From an uncultured Lachnospiraceae bacterium (GTDB lineage: Bacteria; Bacillota; Clostridia; Lachnospirales; Lachnospiraceae), in the NCBI GenBank assembly GCA_947172705.1, contig CAMWCA010000010.1:353-64352 (forward strand): a DNA stretch of 64,000 nt. The letters are read 5' to 3'. Under the pieces are notes generated by a model, which was not told the origin of the DNA, searched no databases, and saw only the letters and a program-made list of their open reading frames with translations. Position numbers and translations under genes: made by a program. Of the stretch, positions 1-10,318 are shown piece by piece. Within the stretch, counting starts at the first letter, position 1. The number at the start of each line of letters is the position of its first letter.

Positions 1-261
1 GACATAAGGTGGAATGCTACACGTATTCTTCTCACACTGTCTCGTAATTCGGAGAATAAAGGCATTGTAAATCATCAATTAGTGGATATGATAGACTCTG
101 ACAGCGTATATATTAAAAATTTGATTATGCGGCATCTTCATGAAGTGCGTGGTCTTACTGATGAAACCAAAGATTATATTATTTCAAAATGTAAACATGA
201 TACTAATTATGTTGTTAGAATGGTATGTGCTGAAATGGAAAAAAGCATGGGTAAAGAATAG
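1..261 (+). CDS. 3' end of a gene with a HEAT-like helical C-terminus (partial)
   Basis: Open frame from base 1 (DIRWNATRILL...HDTNYVVRMVC...) to TAG at 259-261; AT-rich. Confidence 0.6.
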   Translation, partial: DIRWNATRILLTLSRNSENKGIVNHQLVDMIDSDSVYIKNLIMRHLHEVRGLTDETKDYIISKCKHDTNYVVRMVCAEMEKSMGKE

Positions 262-692
262 CATAAAAAATTATCTGGAATTCTACTATTTGATTGACGA
301 TGAGTTATAGGAGAATTATTTAAGTTTATAAGGATACATTTGAAAGGATAAAATATACGAATTACATGGAAGGGAAGATGTGCGGCACAATTTGGTAAGA
401 GTTAAATTTTCTTAGGTTATGAAGGAGTTGCAAGAAATTATATTGGAAAAGTTTTTCTAAAACAACTTGACACTAATTTACCATAACCCTAACGAAGTTA
501 TGCGGATTCCGGGGATTTTGCTTCAAAAAAAGTGAAAAAAGTTTGTGGCATTAACTTGACATAAGAGGGGTATGGGGCGCTTTGTGTGGAAAGTAGTCTG
601 CCTATTTGAAAGGTTAATGAATTCTGTCTTGTTTTTGTGATATTGGATTTGATACAATGTAAATCATAAAATAGGAGAAAGGCAAAAACAGC

Positions 693-1220
693 ATGGTGCA
701 TTTATATACAGGAGAGGGCAAAGGAAAGACCAGTGCGGCAATCGGGCTTTGTATACGGGCGGCGGGATGGAACCGGCAGGTCTGTTTTGCTCAGTTTATG
801 AAGGGGAATGATACGGGAGAGGTGCATGTACTTGAAAATCTGGCTTCTGTGACAGTTTTGCGGAGCAAAAAAAAATTCGGTTTTTATCATGCCATGTCAG
901 AGAGCGATAAAGCGGAACTTGCGGATATTCACAATAAAATTCTAGACAGACTTTTGGAAATCGCAGAGAGCGCTAACTGTGATATGATCATTCTGGATGA
1001 AGTAACATATCCGGTGAAATGGAATTTACTGGACATGGAAAAACTGCAAAGGCTTCTGAAAATGGGAAAAGGAGAAGCGGCAGGGGCGATGGAACTGGTG
1101 CTTACCGGACGGGGGGCTGAGAATGTTTTGTTAGAGACTGCCGATTATATTACGGAGATGAAATGTGTGCGTCATCCTTTTGAGAAAGGCGTAAAAGCAA
1201 GAAAAGGGATTGAGTTTTAG
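693..1220 (+). CDS. cobO: Cob(I)yrinic acid a,c-diamide adenosyltransferase (CobO/BtuR)
   Basis: VHLYTGEGKGKT P-loop, QFMKG, ILDE, LVLTGR, HPF..G..ARKGIEF. Confidence 0.95.
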   Translation: MVHLYTGEGKGKTSAAIGLCIRAAGWNRQVCFAQFMKGNDTGEVHVLENLASVTVLRSKKKFGFYHAMSESDKAELADIHNKILDRLLEIAESANCDMIILDEVTYPVKWNLLDMEKLQRLLKMGKGEAAGAMELVLTGRGAENVLLETADYITEMKCVRHPFEKGVKARKGIEF

Positions 1221-1228
1221 CGGTTAAG

Positions 1229-1930
1229 ATGGAAAGGAGTATGGTTGCAGAGATGGCGGCTTTTTTTACAGAACTGCTTGATGATTTTTTGAAGGCGGAT
1301 TTTCTGGAGATGGTGCATAAGAAATTTCATTATGGGGAGGAGCAGCTGGAAACACTGACGGCTGTTGCAGGGGAAATGCTGCCGGTGATGCGTAAGGAAG
1401 CTTTCTGGGTAAGAGGAGCGGAACACAATTATGGAGGGGAAGACGCAGTATGTGAAGAAGTTGTGATGTCCCTGGGGAAAGGGCTGGATGAACTGCAGGA
1501 AGATTACAGCAGGAAAGGAATGCTGCTGGAAAGCTATATGCTGGAGACTTTAGCCAGTGAATTATTATTGCGGGGTTACAGCGCTTATAACCGGCATGTC
1601 AGGATGGAGGGAAAGTGGCATGTGGCAAGGTATCATTTTTGGGGGAGTGAGGAAGGGTTCCCGCTGGAGAAGCTTTCGGAGATATTAGAAGCGCTTAGTC
1701 CGCAGATCGTTTGCAATGAAGCCTTCTACATGCAGCCAAAGAAAAGCGTGGCATTTATAGCGGAATTAACGCAGGATGCAAAGAAGGTGTGTGAGGGCAT
1801 TTGTATCGGCTGTGGCAGTGCCGATTGCCCTAACAGGGTGAAGGAGGATGCAATGGGAAACCGAATGACCGCAAGGAGTATGGATTTACCCTTAAATTAT
1901 GGTTACAGTAGAATTTTGGGCAGATTTTAG
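1229..1930 (+). CDS. Stand-alone B12-dependent methionine synthase reactivation-domain-like protein
   Basis: SLG..LDE, M.PKKSV motifs and C-terminal CxxxCxxCxxxxC cluster; overlaps nothing, follows cobO. Confidence 0.65.
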   Translation: MERSMVAEMAAFFTELLDDFLKADFLEMVHKKFHYGEEQLETLTAVAGEMLPVMRKEAFWVRGAEHNYGGEDAVCEEVVMSLGKGLDELQEDYSRKGMLLESYMLETLASELLLRGYSAYNRHVRMEGKWHVARYHFWGSEEGFPLEKLSEILEALSPQIVCNEAFYMQPKKSVAFIAELTQDAKKVCEGICIGCGSADCPNRVKEDAMGNRMTARSMDLPLNYGYSRILGRF

Positions 1931-3264
1931 GACCAGGTTGTAATTTTCCGGTATTCTTTATGGTAAAAGAAAACGGAACATATCATGGCGATTGTCCAAC
2001 TGATGGGCCATGCAAGCCAAATGCCCAGTGCATTTCCAGTCTTACTGGAAAGAATAAAGGAAAGAAGCACACGCAGGGCAAGGTCTGTAAAGGTAGCCGC
2101 CATGAACTGGCGCATTGCGCTTATGCCGCGGAGGATACCGTCTGCAACCAGCTTAGCCGACACAATGAAATAGAAAGGAGATAAGATCCATAAAAACTGC
2201 CTGCCGGTCATCATTGCCGTGGCAGAGCTTTTTTCCATAAACAGAAGGAGTAAATATTTTCCAAAGAAGATATAAAGGATGCAGAATGGGATACACAGGC
2301 ACCACACCATCTTGAGACCTGCACGGAAGCAGTCTCTGATCCGGCTGTACTTATGTGCGCCGAAATTCTGGGCCGAGAAATTTGAAATGCCATTGCCGAT
2401 GGTGGTAAAGGAGGTAATAACCAGATTGTTCAGCTTCACGGCGGCACAGTAGCCCGCCATGACAGAGGCGCCGAATCCGTTGATGACACTTTGTATCAGG
2501 ATATTCCCTATGGAAATAAAGCTTTGCTGCAGGATGCTTGGAATGGCAATCAACAGAATCTTTCTTAAAATTGTTGAATCAAACAGGGGCGGCTTTTTTG
2601 CAACTGGTATTTTCTTAAGCCTTTTCCATACAGAAATGACGGCTAGAATACAACTGATCCCCTGGCACAAAAATGTTGCCCAGGCAACCCCTGCCACCCC
2701 CATATGGAATGCTTTTACAAACAGAATATCCACTGCAATATTTGAGGTAGAAGAGGCGGCCAGAAAGTAAAAGGGTGTTTTGGAATCACCCAGAGCGGAG
2801 AAAATTCCGGTAGCGATATTATAGAAGAAGACAAAAGGCAGTCCCCATACATAAATATCCAGATACAGGATTGAGTCTGCAAGTACTTCCTCCGGCGTCC
2901 GGATTAAATGTAGCAGCGGGGTGCTTCCGGCAATGCCGGCAAGCATTAGGATGCCGCATAAGATGGCGCTGAAAATGCATGCGGTAGTTACTGCAGTTTT
3001 CAGTTTTTCATAGTCTTTTGCACCATACAGCTGTGAGACAATAACAGAGCAGCCCATGTTGCAGCCAAAGGCAAATGCGATAAATATTAATGTGATCTCA
3101 TAGCTGTTGCCTACTGCTGCAAGTGCGTTTTCTCCTACGAATTTTCCCGCAACCAGGCTGTCGGCGATATTATAGAGCTGCTGGAAGATAATACTGCCAA
3201 ACAGGGGCAGACAGAACTGCCATAATATGCTTTCCGTTTTTCCCGTTGTCAAATCTTTATTCAT
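1927..3264 (-). CDS. MATE family efflux transporter
   Basis: DLTTG, QQLYNIADS..G, ALAAVG, GDSKTP motifs; about 12 TM segments. Confidence 0.95.
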   Translation of the reverse strand: MNKDLTTGKTESILWQFCLPLFGSIIFQQLYNIADSLVAGKFVGENALAAVGNSYEITLIFIAFAFGCNMGCSVIVSQLYGAKDYEKLKTAVTTACIFSAILCGILMLAGIAGSTPLLHLIRTPEEVLADSILYLDIYVWGLPFVFFYNIATGIFSALGDSKTPFYFLAASSTSNIAVDILFVKAFHMGVAGVAWATFLCQGISCILAVISVWKRLKKIPVAKKPPLFDSTILRKILLIAIPSILQQSFISIGNILIQSVINGFGASVMAGYCAAVKLNNLVITSFTTIGNGISNFSAQNFGAHKYSRIRDCFRAGLKMVWCLCIPFCILYIFFGKYLLLLFMEKSSATAMMTGRQFLWILSPFYFIVSAKLVADGILRGISAMRQFMAATFTDLALRVLLSFILSSKTGNALGIWLAWPISWTIAMICSVFFYHKEYRKITTWS

Positions 3265-3393
3265 GAAATCAGATCCTTTCTGAAGTTACTGTGCAGCAAA
3301 GTTTTTTGTTTACACGCTTTTCAATGCGTATTATAATCCCGGTTGAGAGATATATAAAATATATATATTTTATTGGAGAAATATAAAAAATAT

Positions 3394-4287
3394 ATGGATA
3401 TAAACTTTGAATATTACAGGATATTTTATTATGTGGCGAAATACAGGAATATAACAAAGGCGGCTGCAGCGTTAGGAAGCAGCCAGCCCAATGTGACACG
3501 GGTGATAAAGCTGTTGGAATCCCAGATGAACTGTCGGTTGTTTACCCGTGAGGCAAGAGGAACCTGCCTGACAGAGGAAGGGGAAATTCTTTATAGCCAT
3601 GTGGAAATTGCGTGCAGGCAGTTATGGGACGCACAGGAAGAAATAGGCAGACAGAACAGACAGGGCTGCGGCACCGTAGAGATCGGGGCTACGGAAACAG
3701 CGCTTCATCTTTTTTTGCTTACCGCTTTGCAGGATTTTAAACAGGAATATCCCGGAATCCGGATTAAAATACAAAATCATACAACCCCGGAGGTTTTAAA
3801 ATATCTGGTGAGCGGCGGACTGGATTTTGCGGTGGTCACGACACCTTTTGAAGTGCCGGGAACATTTGCAAAGGTTAAGGTACTTGCCTTTCAGGAAATA
3901 CTGACAGGCGGAGTACAATATGAAAGTCTGGGAAAAGAACCCCTGGAACCTGCAGATGTGGGGAAGTATCCGTGGATCGGGCTGGGCAGGGGAAGCGCAA
4001 CCTATGAATTGTATAAAGATTTTTTTATAAAGAATGGAATTGATATGGAGCCGGATATAGAGGTGGCAACCTCTGATCTTATGCTCCCGCTTATTGTGAG
4101 TAATATGGGGATTGGTTTTGTACCGGAAAAGATGGCTATGCCTTTATTGGAAGAAAAGCGGCTGGTGCAGATTCCCGTAAAATGCAGGGTTCCGGAGCGT
4201 TCCATTCAGATTGTTTCTGATAAAGGACGTGGAAAAAGCCTTGCGGCAGATACATTTTATAAATATTTAAAAAGGAGACAGTGTTGA
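3394..4287 (+). CDS. LysR family transcriptional regulator
   Basis: HTH NITKAAAALGSSQPNVTRVIKLLE...LFTR; divergent from the MATE gene. Confidence 0.95.
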   Translation: MDINFEYYRIFYYVAKYRNITKAAAALGSSQPNVTRVIKLLESQMNCRLFTREARGTCLTEEGEILYSHVEIACRQLWDAQEEIGRQNRQGCGTVEIGATETALHLFLLTALQDFKQEYPGIRIKIQNHTTPEVLKYLVSGGLDFAVVTTPFEVPGTFAKVKVLAFQEILTGGVQYESLGKEPLEPADVGKYPWIGLGRGSATYELYKDFFIKNGIDMEPDIEVATSDLMLPLIVSNMGIGFVPEKMAMPLLEEKRLVQIPVKCRVPERSIQIVSDKGRGKSLAADTFYKYLKRRQC

Positions 4288-4311
4288 CATAAGTAAAAAA
4301 TGTGTTATACT
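4284..4311 (+). promoter_or_regulatory. Sigma-A promoter of the cob operon
   Basis: TTGACA (4284-4289), 16 bp, TGnTATACT (4303-4311), directly upstream of the riboswitch. Confidence 0.8.
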
Positions 4312-4324
4312 TTGAAGGAAATTG

Positions 4325-4570
4325 AATAGATCACTTTCAGGTGTCAGGACAATGCAAATGTATGGTGCAATGGATATATTATACGTTTAAGCATTGGTTC
4401 TGGTGAAAAGGGAAACAGGTGCAAATCCTGTACGAACTCGTCACCGTAATTAGGGAGCAGAAGCCGATATGTCACTGGATGGCAAAGAGAAATTGATCCG
4501 GGAAGACGGCGGATGCGCTGGTTTGTTTACAAACCTCGATCTTTAAGCCGGGAGACCTGCCTGAATGTTG
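4325..4570 (+). ncRNA. Cobalamin (AdoCbl) riboswitch
   Basis: TTCAGGTG...AAAAGGGAAACAGGTGCAAATCCTGT...CACCGTAA...CACTGG...GGGAAG...B12 box AAGCCGGGAGACCTGCCTGAA; upstream of cbi/cob genes. Confidence 0.95.
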
Positions 4571-4663
4571 TACGGAAACGTTTGTTTCAGGCCACGAGTA
4601 ATTGGTTGTACGTTTGAACTTGCAGAAAGCGTCTTTGCGTTCTGCAGGCTTGTTTTGTGTATC

Positions 4664-4701
4664 AATCCTTTACCATAGCCGTGGTAAGGGATTTTTTATT
4701 T
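4664..4701 (+). terminator. Intrinsic terminator (riboswitch expression platform)
   Basis: AATCCTTTACCAT-AGCC-GTGGTAAGGGATT stem plus T tract. Confidence 0.85.
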
Positions 4702-4706
4702 CACAA

Positions 4707-4860
4707 GTTCAGCCAGCCGGAAGCAATAAGTGAAAATCGTGCTTGCACGAATTTTCACTTACTGCTTCCGGCTGAGGGAACGCCCATATATGAGCAAAAA
4801 GAGCTGCGCTAGCAGCGGAGAGCGCCGCAGGCGCGGTTTTGCGAATGGCGTGTGCTGAAC
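4707..4860. repeat. Palindromic REP/MITE-like element
   Basis: Terminal IR GTTCAGC/GCTGAAC; long hairpin 4714-4774; GCGCC-GCA-GGCGC hairpin; partial matches at 16318-16332 and 36354-36411. Confidence 0.6.
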
Positions 4861-4923
4861 ATAGTTTGATACAACTAAAATTTAAAATTCTGCGTAAAGC
4901 GCAGAGAAAAGAGGAGAATGAAA

Positions 4924-6198
4924 ATGAAAAGAAAATTAGCAGCCGGTTTATTGATGGGAATTATGACCTGTTCGTTGGCGCTGACAGGATGCTCCAAGGA
5001 GGACCCAGCGCCTACCGCAAATGTACAGGAGACAGAGGAGGCGGATGAAGAAAATGTAGCGCCGGAGGAAGTGCAGCAGGAGCCGGAGCAGACAGAAGCG
5101 GCTGAGGCGGAAGGCGGCGCTGATCTGGATCAGGCGGCAGCCGATGAGGTTGCCGGTTTGATTGACGCAATTTATGTACAGACAAGGACAGATGAGACGG
5201 ACGAGCAGTGTGCAAAGGCAAAGGAGGCGTGGGATGCATTGACAGATACCCAGAAGGAAATGGTGGAAGGCGAAAACGCTGATCCGGATTATTTTGGCAG
5301 GGATACCGGCGACGCATCGAAGGATGATCCCCGCAATCAGGATGAGATTGGCGAGAATGAGATTTTAGTGGTCAGCTTCGGAACTTCTTTTAATGACAGC
5401 CGCGTAGCAGATATCAGGGGAATTGAAGACGCCATACAGGAGGCAAACCCGGATTGGTCTGTGAGAAGAGCATTTACAGCACAGATTATTATCAACCATG
5501 TGCAGGCACGGGATAATGAAGTAATTGACAACATGGATCAGGCATTGGAACGTGCGGTTGCAAACGGGGTGAAGAATTTGGTGGTGCAGCCTACCCATTT
5601 GATGCATGGTGCGGAATATGATGAGCTGATGGAATCGGTAGAAGCTTATCGGGATAAATTTGAGACGGTAAAGATTGGGGAGCCTTTGCTCGGTGAGGTA
5701 GGCGCAGATGCCTCAGTTGTCAATGAGGATAAGGCAGCGGTAGCGGATGCGATTCTTGCGGCAACTGTGGCGGACGCAGGCTATGGAAGTCTGGCGGAGG
5801 CACATGAAGACGGTGCGGCATTTGTATTTTTAGGGCATGGCACTTATCATGCGGCAAAGGTAAGCTACAGCCAGATGCAGACACAATTGACGGACATCGG
5901 CTGTGTTAATGCCTTTGTCGGAACAGTAGAAGGCGACCCGGAGGAAACCGCCTGCGAAGCAATAATGGAGGCGGTTGCCGAAGCCGGCTATACGAAGGTG
6001 ATTCTGCGTCCGCTGATGGTAGTGGCAGGCGACCATGCCAACAATGACATGGCAGGGGAGGATGAAGATTCATGGATGAGTATGTTCAAGGCATCCGGCA
6101 AATTTGAAAGTGTGGACGCACAGATTAGCGGTCTTGGTTCGATTCCTGCAATTCAGGAATTGTATGTACAGCATACAAAGGATGCCATGGAACAGTAA
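4924..6198 (+). CDS. cbiK: Sirohydrochlorin cobaltochelatase CbiK, lipoprotein form
   Basis: LVVSFGTS, RRAFT, QPTHLMHGAEY, FLGHGT, PLMVVAGDHANNDMAG; signal peptide with lipobox LTGC. Confidence 0.9.
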   Translation: MKRKLAAGLLMGIMTCSLALTGCSKEDPAPTANVQETEEADEENVAPEEVQQEPEQTEAAEAEGGADLDQAAADEVAGLIDAIYVQTRTDETDEQCAKAKEAWDALTDTQKEMVEGENADPDYFGRDTGDASKDDPRNQDEIGENEILVVSFGTSFNDSRVADIRGIEDAIQEANPDWSVRRAFTAQIIINHVQARDNEVIDNMDQALERAVANGVKNLVVQPTHLMHGAEYDELMESVEAYRDKFETVKIGEPLLGEVGADASVVNEDKAAVADAILAATVADAGYGSLAEAHEDGAAFVFLGHGTYHAAKVSYSQMQTQLTDIGCVNAFVGTVEGDPEETACEAIMEAVAEAGYTKVILRPLMVVAGDHANNDMAGEDEDSWMSMFKASGKFESVDAQISGLGSIPAIQELYVQHTKDAMEQ

Positions 6199-6275
6199 TG
6201 GGGAGAAAAGGCAGCAGTAAAGGTATCCGAACTGCTGCGAGAAATGCCTCAGAAAAGTCAAAAGAGGAGTTTAAG

Positions 6276-7271
6276 ATGAAAAAAAGCAGAATTTTAATCA
6301 TAGGCATACTTCTATGCGGGGCGCTGTTTTCGGGCTGTGCACAGAAAGGGAATGTGCAGGAAGAGACTTTGGCGGATGCAGCAGCTCCAACTGCGGAGAA
6401 TGAAGCAGGGACGACAGAAGATAACGGGGAAGCAGAGGCAGAAAAGGAACCGGAGGATAGTTCCGAAGATATAAAGTCGCAGGCAAATGAGAAAGAATCG
6501 AAGGCAGCCAGTCTGCCGGACGGCGTATACACAGCGGAATTTAAAACAGACAGCAGTATGTTCCATGTAAGCGAAGCCTGTGACGGAAAAGGTACGCTGA
6601 CAGTGGAAAACGGGGAGATGACGCTTCATATCTCCCTGGGTTCCAAAAAGATTTTAAACCTTTACCCCGGCACTGCCCAGGAAGCCGCCAAAGAGGGAGC
6701 GGAGCTTTTAATGCCGACAGAAGACACTGTTACTTACAGCGATGGTCTGACGGAAGAGGTTTATGGCTTTGATGTGCCGGTTCCCGTATTGGAGGAAGAA
6801 TTTGACCTGGCGCTGATCGGAACGAAGGGAAAATGGTATGACCACAAGGTTAGTGTTTCCGGGGCGGAACTTTTGGTGGAGGATAAGTCGGCAGAACAGA
6901 CGAAAGACCTGGCAGGCAAGGGGCAAAAAAACGCAGACGCGGGCAGCCTTGAAGATGGTTCCTATACGGTGGAGCTTACCTTTGAAGGCGGAAGCGGGAA
7001 AGCAACGGTTTTATCCCCGGCAGCCCTTTGTGTGAAAGAGGGGGCGATGAGCGCAACTCTTACATGGAGCAGTCCCAATTATGATTACATGATCGTGGGC
7101 GGGGAAAAGTACCTGCCGGTCAACACAGAAGGCAACTCCGTATTTGAGGTTCCGGTTTTGGAATTTGACAAGCCCATCGATGTGGTCGGTGATACGGTTG
7201 CCATGAGTAAACCCCATGAGGTGGAATATACCATTACCTTTCATTTAGATACGGTAAAGCCTGTGGAATGA
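6276..7271 (+). CDS. Lipoprotein with two related NEAT-like beta domains
   Basis: Lipobox FSGC, acidic linker, two domains starting L.DG.YT and containing F.VPV. Confidence 0.6.
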   Translation: MKKSRILIIGILLCGALFSGCAQKGNVQEETLADAAAPTAENEAGTTEDNGEAEAEKEPEDSSEDIKSQANEKESKAASLPDGVYTAEFKTDSSMFHVSEACDGKGTLTVENGEMTLHISLGSKKILNLYPGTAQEAAKEGAELLMPTEDTVTYSDGLTEEVYGFDVPVPVLEEEFDLALIGTKGKWYDHKVSVSGAELLVEDKSAEQTKDLAGKGQKNADAGSLEDGSYTVELTFEGGSGKATVLSPAALCVKEGAMSATLTWSSPNYDYMIVGGEKYLPVNTEGNSVFEVPVLEFDKPIDVVGDTVAMSKPHEVEYTITFHLDTVKPVE

Positions 7272-7284
7272 AAGGGAAGGAAGT

Positions 7285-8493
7285 ATGAAAAAGAAGGTTA
7301 TCGCAATCTGCCTGCTTTTTATAGAGCTATCGCGGCTGTATGGCTGCGGCAGCCCTTCTTCTGATTGGGACGCAGGGACGGGAGGACAGACGAAGACCGG
7401 AACCATGTTCAGGGAAGAATCGGAGACGGAAGAAGCGCCGGATACAGTTCTTGTCTATGAAAGCAGCATGGAGCTTTGCTATGCAGAGAACTTTACGATA
7501 GATTACTACAAGGGCGGCTATACCATGCTGACAACGATTATGGATGGGGAGCGATTTTTGATTGTGCCGGAAGGCGGAGAGATACCGGCAGGGCTGGAGG
7601 AAGATATCGCAGTGCTTTACCGTCCGGTAAAGGACATTTATCTGGTTGCCTCTTCTGTCATGGATATGTTTGATCATTTAGGCGGTATGGATGCGATTAC
7701 ATTTTCAGGGCAAAAGGAAGATGGCTGGTACATAGAAGCGGCAAGAGAAGCTATGGCAAGGGGTGATATTGTGTACGCAGGCAAATATAACAAGCCGGAT
7801 TATGAGCTGATCGTGTCCAGGGGATGTTCCCTTGCAGTGGAGAATATGATGATTTCCCATTCTCCGGAAGTAATGGAAAAACTGGAAGAGTTCGGTATCC
7901 CTGCCGTGATTGATTATTCCAGCTATGAATCCCATCCTCTGGGAAGGGTGGAATGGGTGAAGTTTTACGGAGCATTATTGGGAAAGGAAGAGGAAGCTGA
8001 CCGGATATTTGAAGAGCAGAGGGAAATTCTTGAAAGAGTAAGTGGGGATGAGAAAACGGATCGGAGCGTCGCTTTCTTTTTTATCACTTCAAATGGGCTG
8101 GTGCAGGTGAGAGAGTCTTCGGACTATATCCCGAAGGTAATAGAGCTTGCCGGCGGCAGATATGTCTTTGAGGATCTGGGCAGCCCGGAAACAAAGCGTT
8201 CTACTTTGAACATGCAGATAGAAGAGTTTTACAACGGTGCAAAGGATGCGGATTTTCTGATTTACAACAGTTCCATTGACGGCGGGGTTTCAAGTGTAGA
8301 TGAGTTATTGGATAAATGCGGACCCTTGGCTGATTTTAAGGCGGTCAGGGAAGGGAACGTCTGGTGTACCACAAATGACATGTACCAGCAGTCTTTATCC
8401 ATCGGATATCTGATGGAGGACATTCATGGTATGCTCCGGGGAAAAGAGGAGGGGATGCACTATCTGTTTCCTCTTTCAAGGGAAAGCATATGA
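7285..8493 (+). CDS. ABC transporter substrate-binding lipoprotein (BtuF/FecB class)
   Basis: Lipobox LYGC; SYESHPLGRVEWVK motif; operon context. Confidence 0.85.
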   Translation: MKKKVIAICLLFIELSRLYGCGSPSSDWDAGTGGQTKTGTMFREESETEEAPDTVLVYESSMELCYAENFTIDYYKGGYTMLTTIMDGERFLIVPEGGEIPAGLEEDIAVLYRPVKDIYLVASSVMDMFDHLGGMDAITFSGQKEDGWYIEAAREAMARGDIVYAGKYNKPDYELIVSRGCSLAVENMMISHSPEVMEKLEEFGIPAVIDYSSYESHPLGRVEWVKFYGALLGKEEEADRIFEEQREILERVSGDEKTDRSVAFFFITSNGLVQVRESSDYIPKVIELAGGRYVFEDLGSPETKRSTLNMQIEEFYNGAKDADFLIYNSSIDGGVSSVDELLDKCGPLADFKAVREGNVWCTTNDMYQQSLSIGYLMEDIHGMLRGKEEGMHYLFPLSRESI

Positions 8494-9530
8494 AAAACAG
8501 CAGGGAACACAGATGTATATTGGCATACATTTTACTTGTGTTTGGGGTTTTTTGCCTTTTTATCCTGAATGCTTGTATTGGCAGTGTGCGGATTCCTCTG
8601 CCGGAGATTGCAGGGGCGCTCACAGGACGGGGAAGCGGCGGGACATCGGCAAGGATTTTATGGGATATCAGGCTGCCCAGGGCGGCGGCAGGGCTCATAC
8701 TTGGCGGGGCGCTTTCCCTTTCCGGTTATCTTTTGCAGACCTTTTTTAACAATCCAATTGCCGGTCCTTTTGTACTTGGTATTTCCTCCGGGGCAAAGAT
8801 GGTTGTGGCGCTTGTGATGGTGTTTCTTATGAGATGGCAGCTTTTTCTGGGAAGGGAGGTCAGGGTCACTTCGGCATTTATGATACTGGCAGCGTTTCTG
8901 GGGGCAATGCTGTCCATGGGGTTTGTGCTTATGATGTCACGGAAGGTCAGCCATATGTCCATGCTGGTGGTCAGCGGTGTGATGATTGGCTATATCTGCT
9001 CGGCAGTTACGGAGCTGGTGGTTACTTTTGCAAGCGATGCCCAGATTGTCAATCTCCATAATTGGTCAAGGGGAAGCTTTTCAGGTATGACATGGGAGAA
9101 TGTACAGGTCATGGCGATGGTGACAGTTCCGGCTTTTGCAGTGGTATTTTTGTTGTCAAAGCCTCTTTTGGCATATCGGCTTGGGGAAGGCTATGCCCGG
9201 AATATGGGGGTAAACCTGAAAGCTCTACGGGTATCTCTGGTGGTGCTTTCCAGTATCCTGTCAGCCTGCGTGGTGGCATTTGCCGGGCCCATCTCCTTTG
9301 TGGGGATTGCAACGCCGCATCTGGTTAAGAAGCTGCTGGGGACGGCGGAGCCGCTTAGGATGATACCGGCTTGTTTTCTCGGAGGAAGCGCTTTCTGCCT
9401 GCTTAGCGATCTGCTGGCAAGAACCCTGCTTGCCCCGACAGAGCTCTCCATCAGTACAGTGACTGCGATTTTCGGCGCTCCGGTGGTGCTGTGGATTATG
9501 TCGGAGCGTAGAAAGGGGAGGGCGGCATAA
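8490..9530 (+). CDS. ABC transporter permease (FecCD/BtuC family)
   Basis: IRLPR, LLQTFFNNPIAGP..LGISSGA, GPISFVG. Confidence 0.92.
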   Translation: MKNSREHRCILAYILLVFGVFCLFILNACIGSVRIPLPEIAGALTGRGSGGTSARILWDIRLPRAAAGLILGGALSLSGYLLQTFFNNPIAGPFVLGISSGAKMVVALVMVFLMRWQLFLGREVRVTSAFMILAAFLGAMLSMGFVLMMSRKVSHMSMLVVSGVMIGYICSAVTELVVTFASDAQIVNLHNWSRGSFSGMTWENVQVMAMVTVPAFAVVFLLSKPLLAYRLGEGYARNMGVNLKALRVSLVVLSSILSACVVAFAGPISFVGIATPHLVKKLLGTAEPLRMIPACFLGGSAFCLLSDLLARTLLAPTELSISTVTAIFGAPVVLWIMSERRKGRAA

Positions 9531-10318
9531 TGGAATATTACTTTCAGACAAGAGGGCTTTGCGTGGGATATCAGGGGAAACCGCTGATTAAGGATATAGA
9601 GATCGGTCTTTGTAAGGGAGAGATTATGACGCTGGTGGGACCTAACGGTGCAGGAAAGTCTACCCTGCTGAAAAGCATCGCGGGGCAGCTGAAACTCCTT
9701 GGCGGTGCGGTCTTTCTGGATGGGGAGAATACAGGGCGGATGTCGGGGCGGGAGCTTTCTAAAAAGATGGCGGTGGTCTTTACGGAAAAAATGCAGACGG
9801 AGTTAATGACCTGTGAAGATGTGGTGGCTACCGGAAGATATCCATACACCGGATACTTCGGTATTTTGTCCGGAGAGGACCGCGCTCTTGTGGGGGAGGC
9901 TATGGAGCTGGTTCATGTGTCCGGGATAAAACATCAGGATTTTGGGAAGGTCAGCGACGGACAGAGACAGCGGGTCATGCTTGCAAGGGCAATCTGTCAG
10001 AAGCCGGAGATGATTGTCATGGATGAGCCGGTTTCCTTTCTGGATATCAGGCATAAGCTTGAATTTTTGTCGGTACTCCTTGCGCTGCGGGAAAAGAAAG
10101 GGCTTACGGTGATTATGTCGCTGCACGAACTGGAACTGGCAAAAATTGTTTCAGATAAGATCCTCTGCCTTAAGGGGGAGTATGTGGAAGGGTATGGTCC
10201 GCCGGAGGAGATTTTTAGCGGGGATTTTATAAAAAGACTTTTTGGGCTTTCAGAGGAGAACTTTCAGGGCAATGAAAAACTCCTCGGGTATCTCAGGCAG
10301 GTAGGAAAAGGGGAGTAA
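9530..10318 (+). CDS. ABC transporter ATP-binding protein
   Basis: [20 protein letters not shown]. Confidence 0.95.
   Translation: MEYYFQTRGLCVGYQGKPLIKDIEIGLCKGEIMTLVGPNGAGKSTLLKSIAGQLKLLGGAVFLDGENTGRMSGRELSKKMAVVFTEKMQTELMTCEDVVATGRYPYTGYFGILSGEDRALVGEAMELVHVSGIKHQDFGKVSDGQRQRVMLARAICQKPEMIVMDEPVSFLDIRHKLEFLSVLLALREKKGLTVIMSLHELELAKIVSDKILCLKGEYVEGYGPPEEIFSGDFIKRLFGLSEENFQGNEKLLGYLRQVGKGE

Noticed and set aside
270..290. TATCTGGAATTC after the first partial gene, resembling the cassette core
   Set aside because: Single weak match with no partner core; needs upstream sequence to judge.
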